Shown one piece after another: positions 5,554 to 6,010 of a DNA stretch of 6,010 nucleotides. This DNA is from Candidatus Iainarchaeum sp. (GTDB lineage Archaea; Iainarchaeota; Iainarchaeia; Iainarchaeales; DTGL01). Position 1 is the first letter of the stretch; each line of letters opens with the position of its first letter. The translations under genes and the position numbers were made by a program. The stretch lies in assembly GCA_038736825.1 (NCBI GenBank), contig JAVYME010000047.1, forward strand, positions 1 to 6,010. Direction: 5' to 3'. The notes beneath the pieces were generated by a model. The model made no database searches. It saw nothing but the letters and a program-made list of their open reading frames with translations, and was not told the DNA's origin.

Positions 5554-5978
5554 TTGTTGGTCGCCTCTTTTTCTGTTTTCATGGAGCGCTCGTATTCTTT
5601 CAAATACTGCCTTGTCCTTTGCAGTCTTGAAACAAGAAGAGCATCCGCAGTGCTACCCATTTTTTTCTCTAAGACTTGAACACGACGGTCTATTTCCTCT
5701 GTCTCGCTTGTGAGATAGTTGAACAGTTCTGGTGCTCTAATACTGGCAAGCTTTCCAAAGCTTTTTTCAACTTCAGCCATTTCTTTTTTTAGCCTTTGAT
5801 AGTTTTTCATTGTTATATCTGAAGCTGAAAGCCCTTGCGCTATAGAGAAAACCTGCTTTATTTCTTTGGTTGAATTTGATACAAGAGTGAGCTTTGACGA
5901 AACAAGAGCAATCCTTTTCTCAAACTCTGCAATTTTTTCCTCTGCTTCCAGAGAAGAATAGGATTCGCCTGCAATCAT
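5550..5978 (-). CDS. hypothetical coiled-coil protein, translationally coupled to the ATPase; may extend beyond the right edge
   Basis: The 142-aa ORF is rich in E, K, L, R and Q with heptad-like stretches (EAEEKIAEFEKRIALVSSKL; RLKKEMAEVEKSFGKLAS; EEIDRRVQVLEKKMG; RLQRTRQYLKEYERSMKTEKE). It has no TM segment. The TGA at 5550-5552 overlaps the ATPase GTG. The reading frame upstream of the ATG at 5976-5978 stays open to nt 6008 (...RSKLKKIIAA-M), and no SD precedes that ATG. The true N-terminus may therefore lie outside the window. Confidence 0.6.
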   Translation of the reverse strand: MIAGESYSSLEAEEKIAEFEKRIALVSSKLTLVSNSTKEIKQVFSIAQGLSASDITMKNYQRLKKEMAEVEKSFGKLASIRAPELFNYLTSETEEIDRRVQVLEKKMGSTADALLVSRLQRTRQYLKEYERSMKTEKEATNK

Positions 5979-6010
5979 TGCTGCAATTATTTTTTTTAGT
6001 TTGGACCTTG

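Noticed and set aside
1-6010. Mobile elements, CRISPR arrays, tRNA or other ncRNA genes, toxin-antitoxin or defence-system signatures
   Set aside because: I saw no direct or inverted repeat arrays, no cloverleaf-like segments, and no transposase, integrase or nuclease motifs. There are essentially no non-coding gaps longer than about 25 nt in which such elements could sit.

Overview
The window is a single minus-strand gene string. Seven ORFs either overlap or lie fewer than 30 nt apart. The sequence is AT-rich, about 40% GC by eye. I found no tRNA or rRNA genes, CRISPR arrays, IS elements or long repeats. The core is a secretion-superfamily ATPase of the FlaI/ArlI, VirB11 or GspE type (3889-5553). 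It is followed by an internally duplicated, roughly 9-TM FlaJ/TadC/PilC-type platform protein (1971-3866). Together these are the two universal motor parts of an archaeal-style type IV filament (TFF) machine. A coiled-coil protein lies upstream (5550-5978, possibly longer) and is joined to the ATPase by a GTGA stop/start overlap. Four putative envelope or surface proteins lie downstream. The first is a 31-aa hydrophobic micro-ORF missing from the supplied track (1879-1974). The second is a 143-aa protein with an N-terminal helix and six cysteines (1443-1874). The third is a Sec-signal, Cys-rich, Pro/Thr-stalked, C-terminally anchored protein (650-1417). The fourth is a vWA/MIDAS-domain protein that is also missing from the track because it runs off the left edge (1-649). 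No archaellin, FlaF/G/H or prepilin peptidase is visible, so I read this as a divergent adhesion-pilus or Tad-like module rather than an archaellum. It is probably from an AT-rich archaeon; a DPANN-like origin is speculation. The more unusual points are an N-terminal CxxC-x10-CxxC zinc ribbon on the ATPase, a Q-[IV]-I-E-[IV]-L-[IV] motif shared by two consecutive small proteins that lack a canonical class III leader, and the vWA plus Cys-rich surface cargo. All family assignments come from motif and architecture reading, not from database searches.
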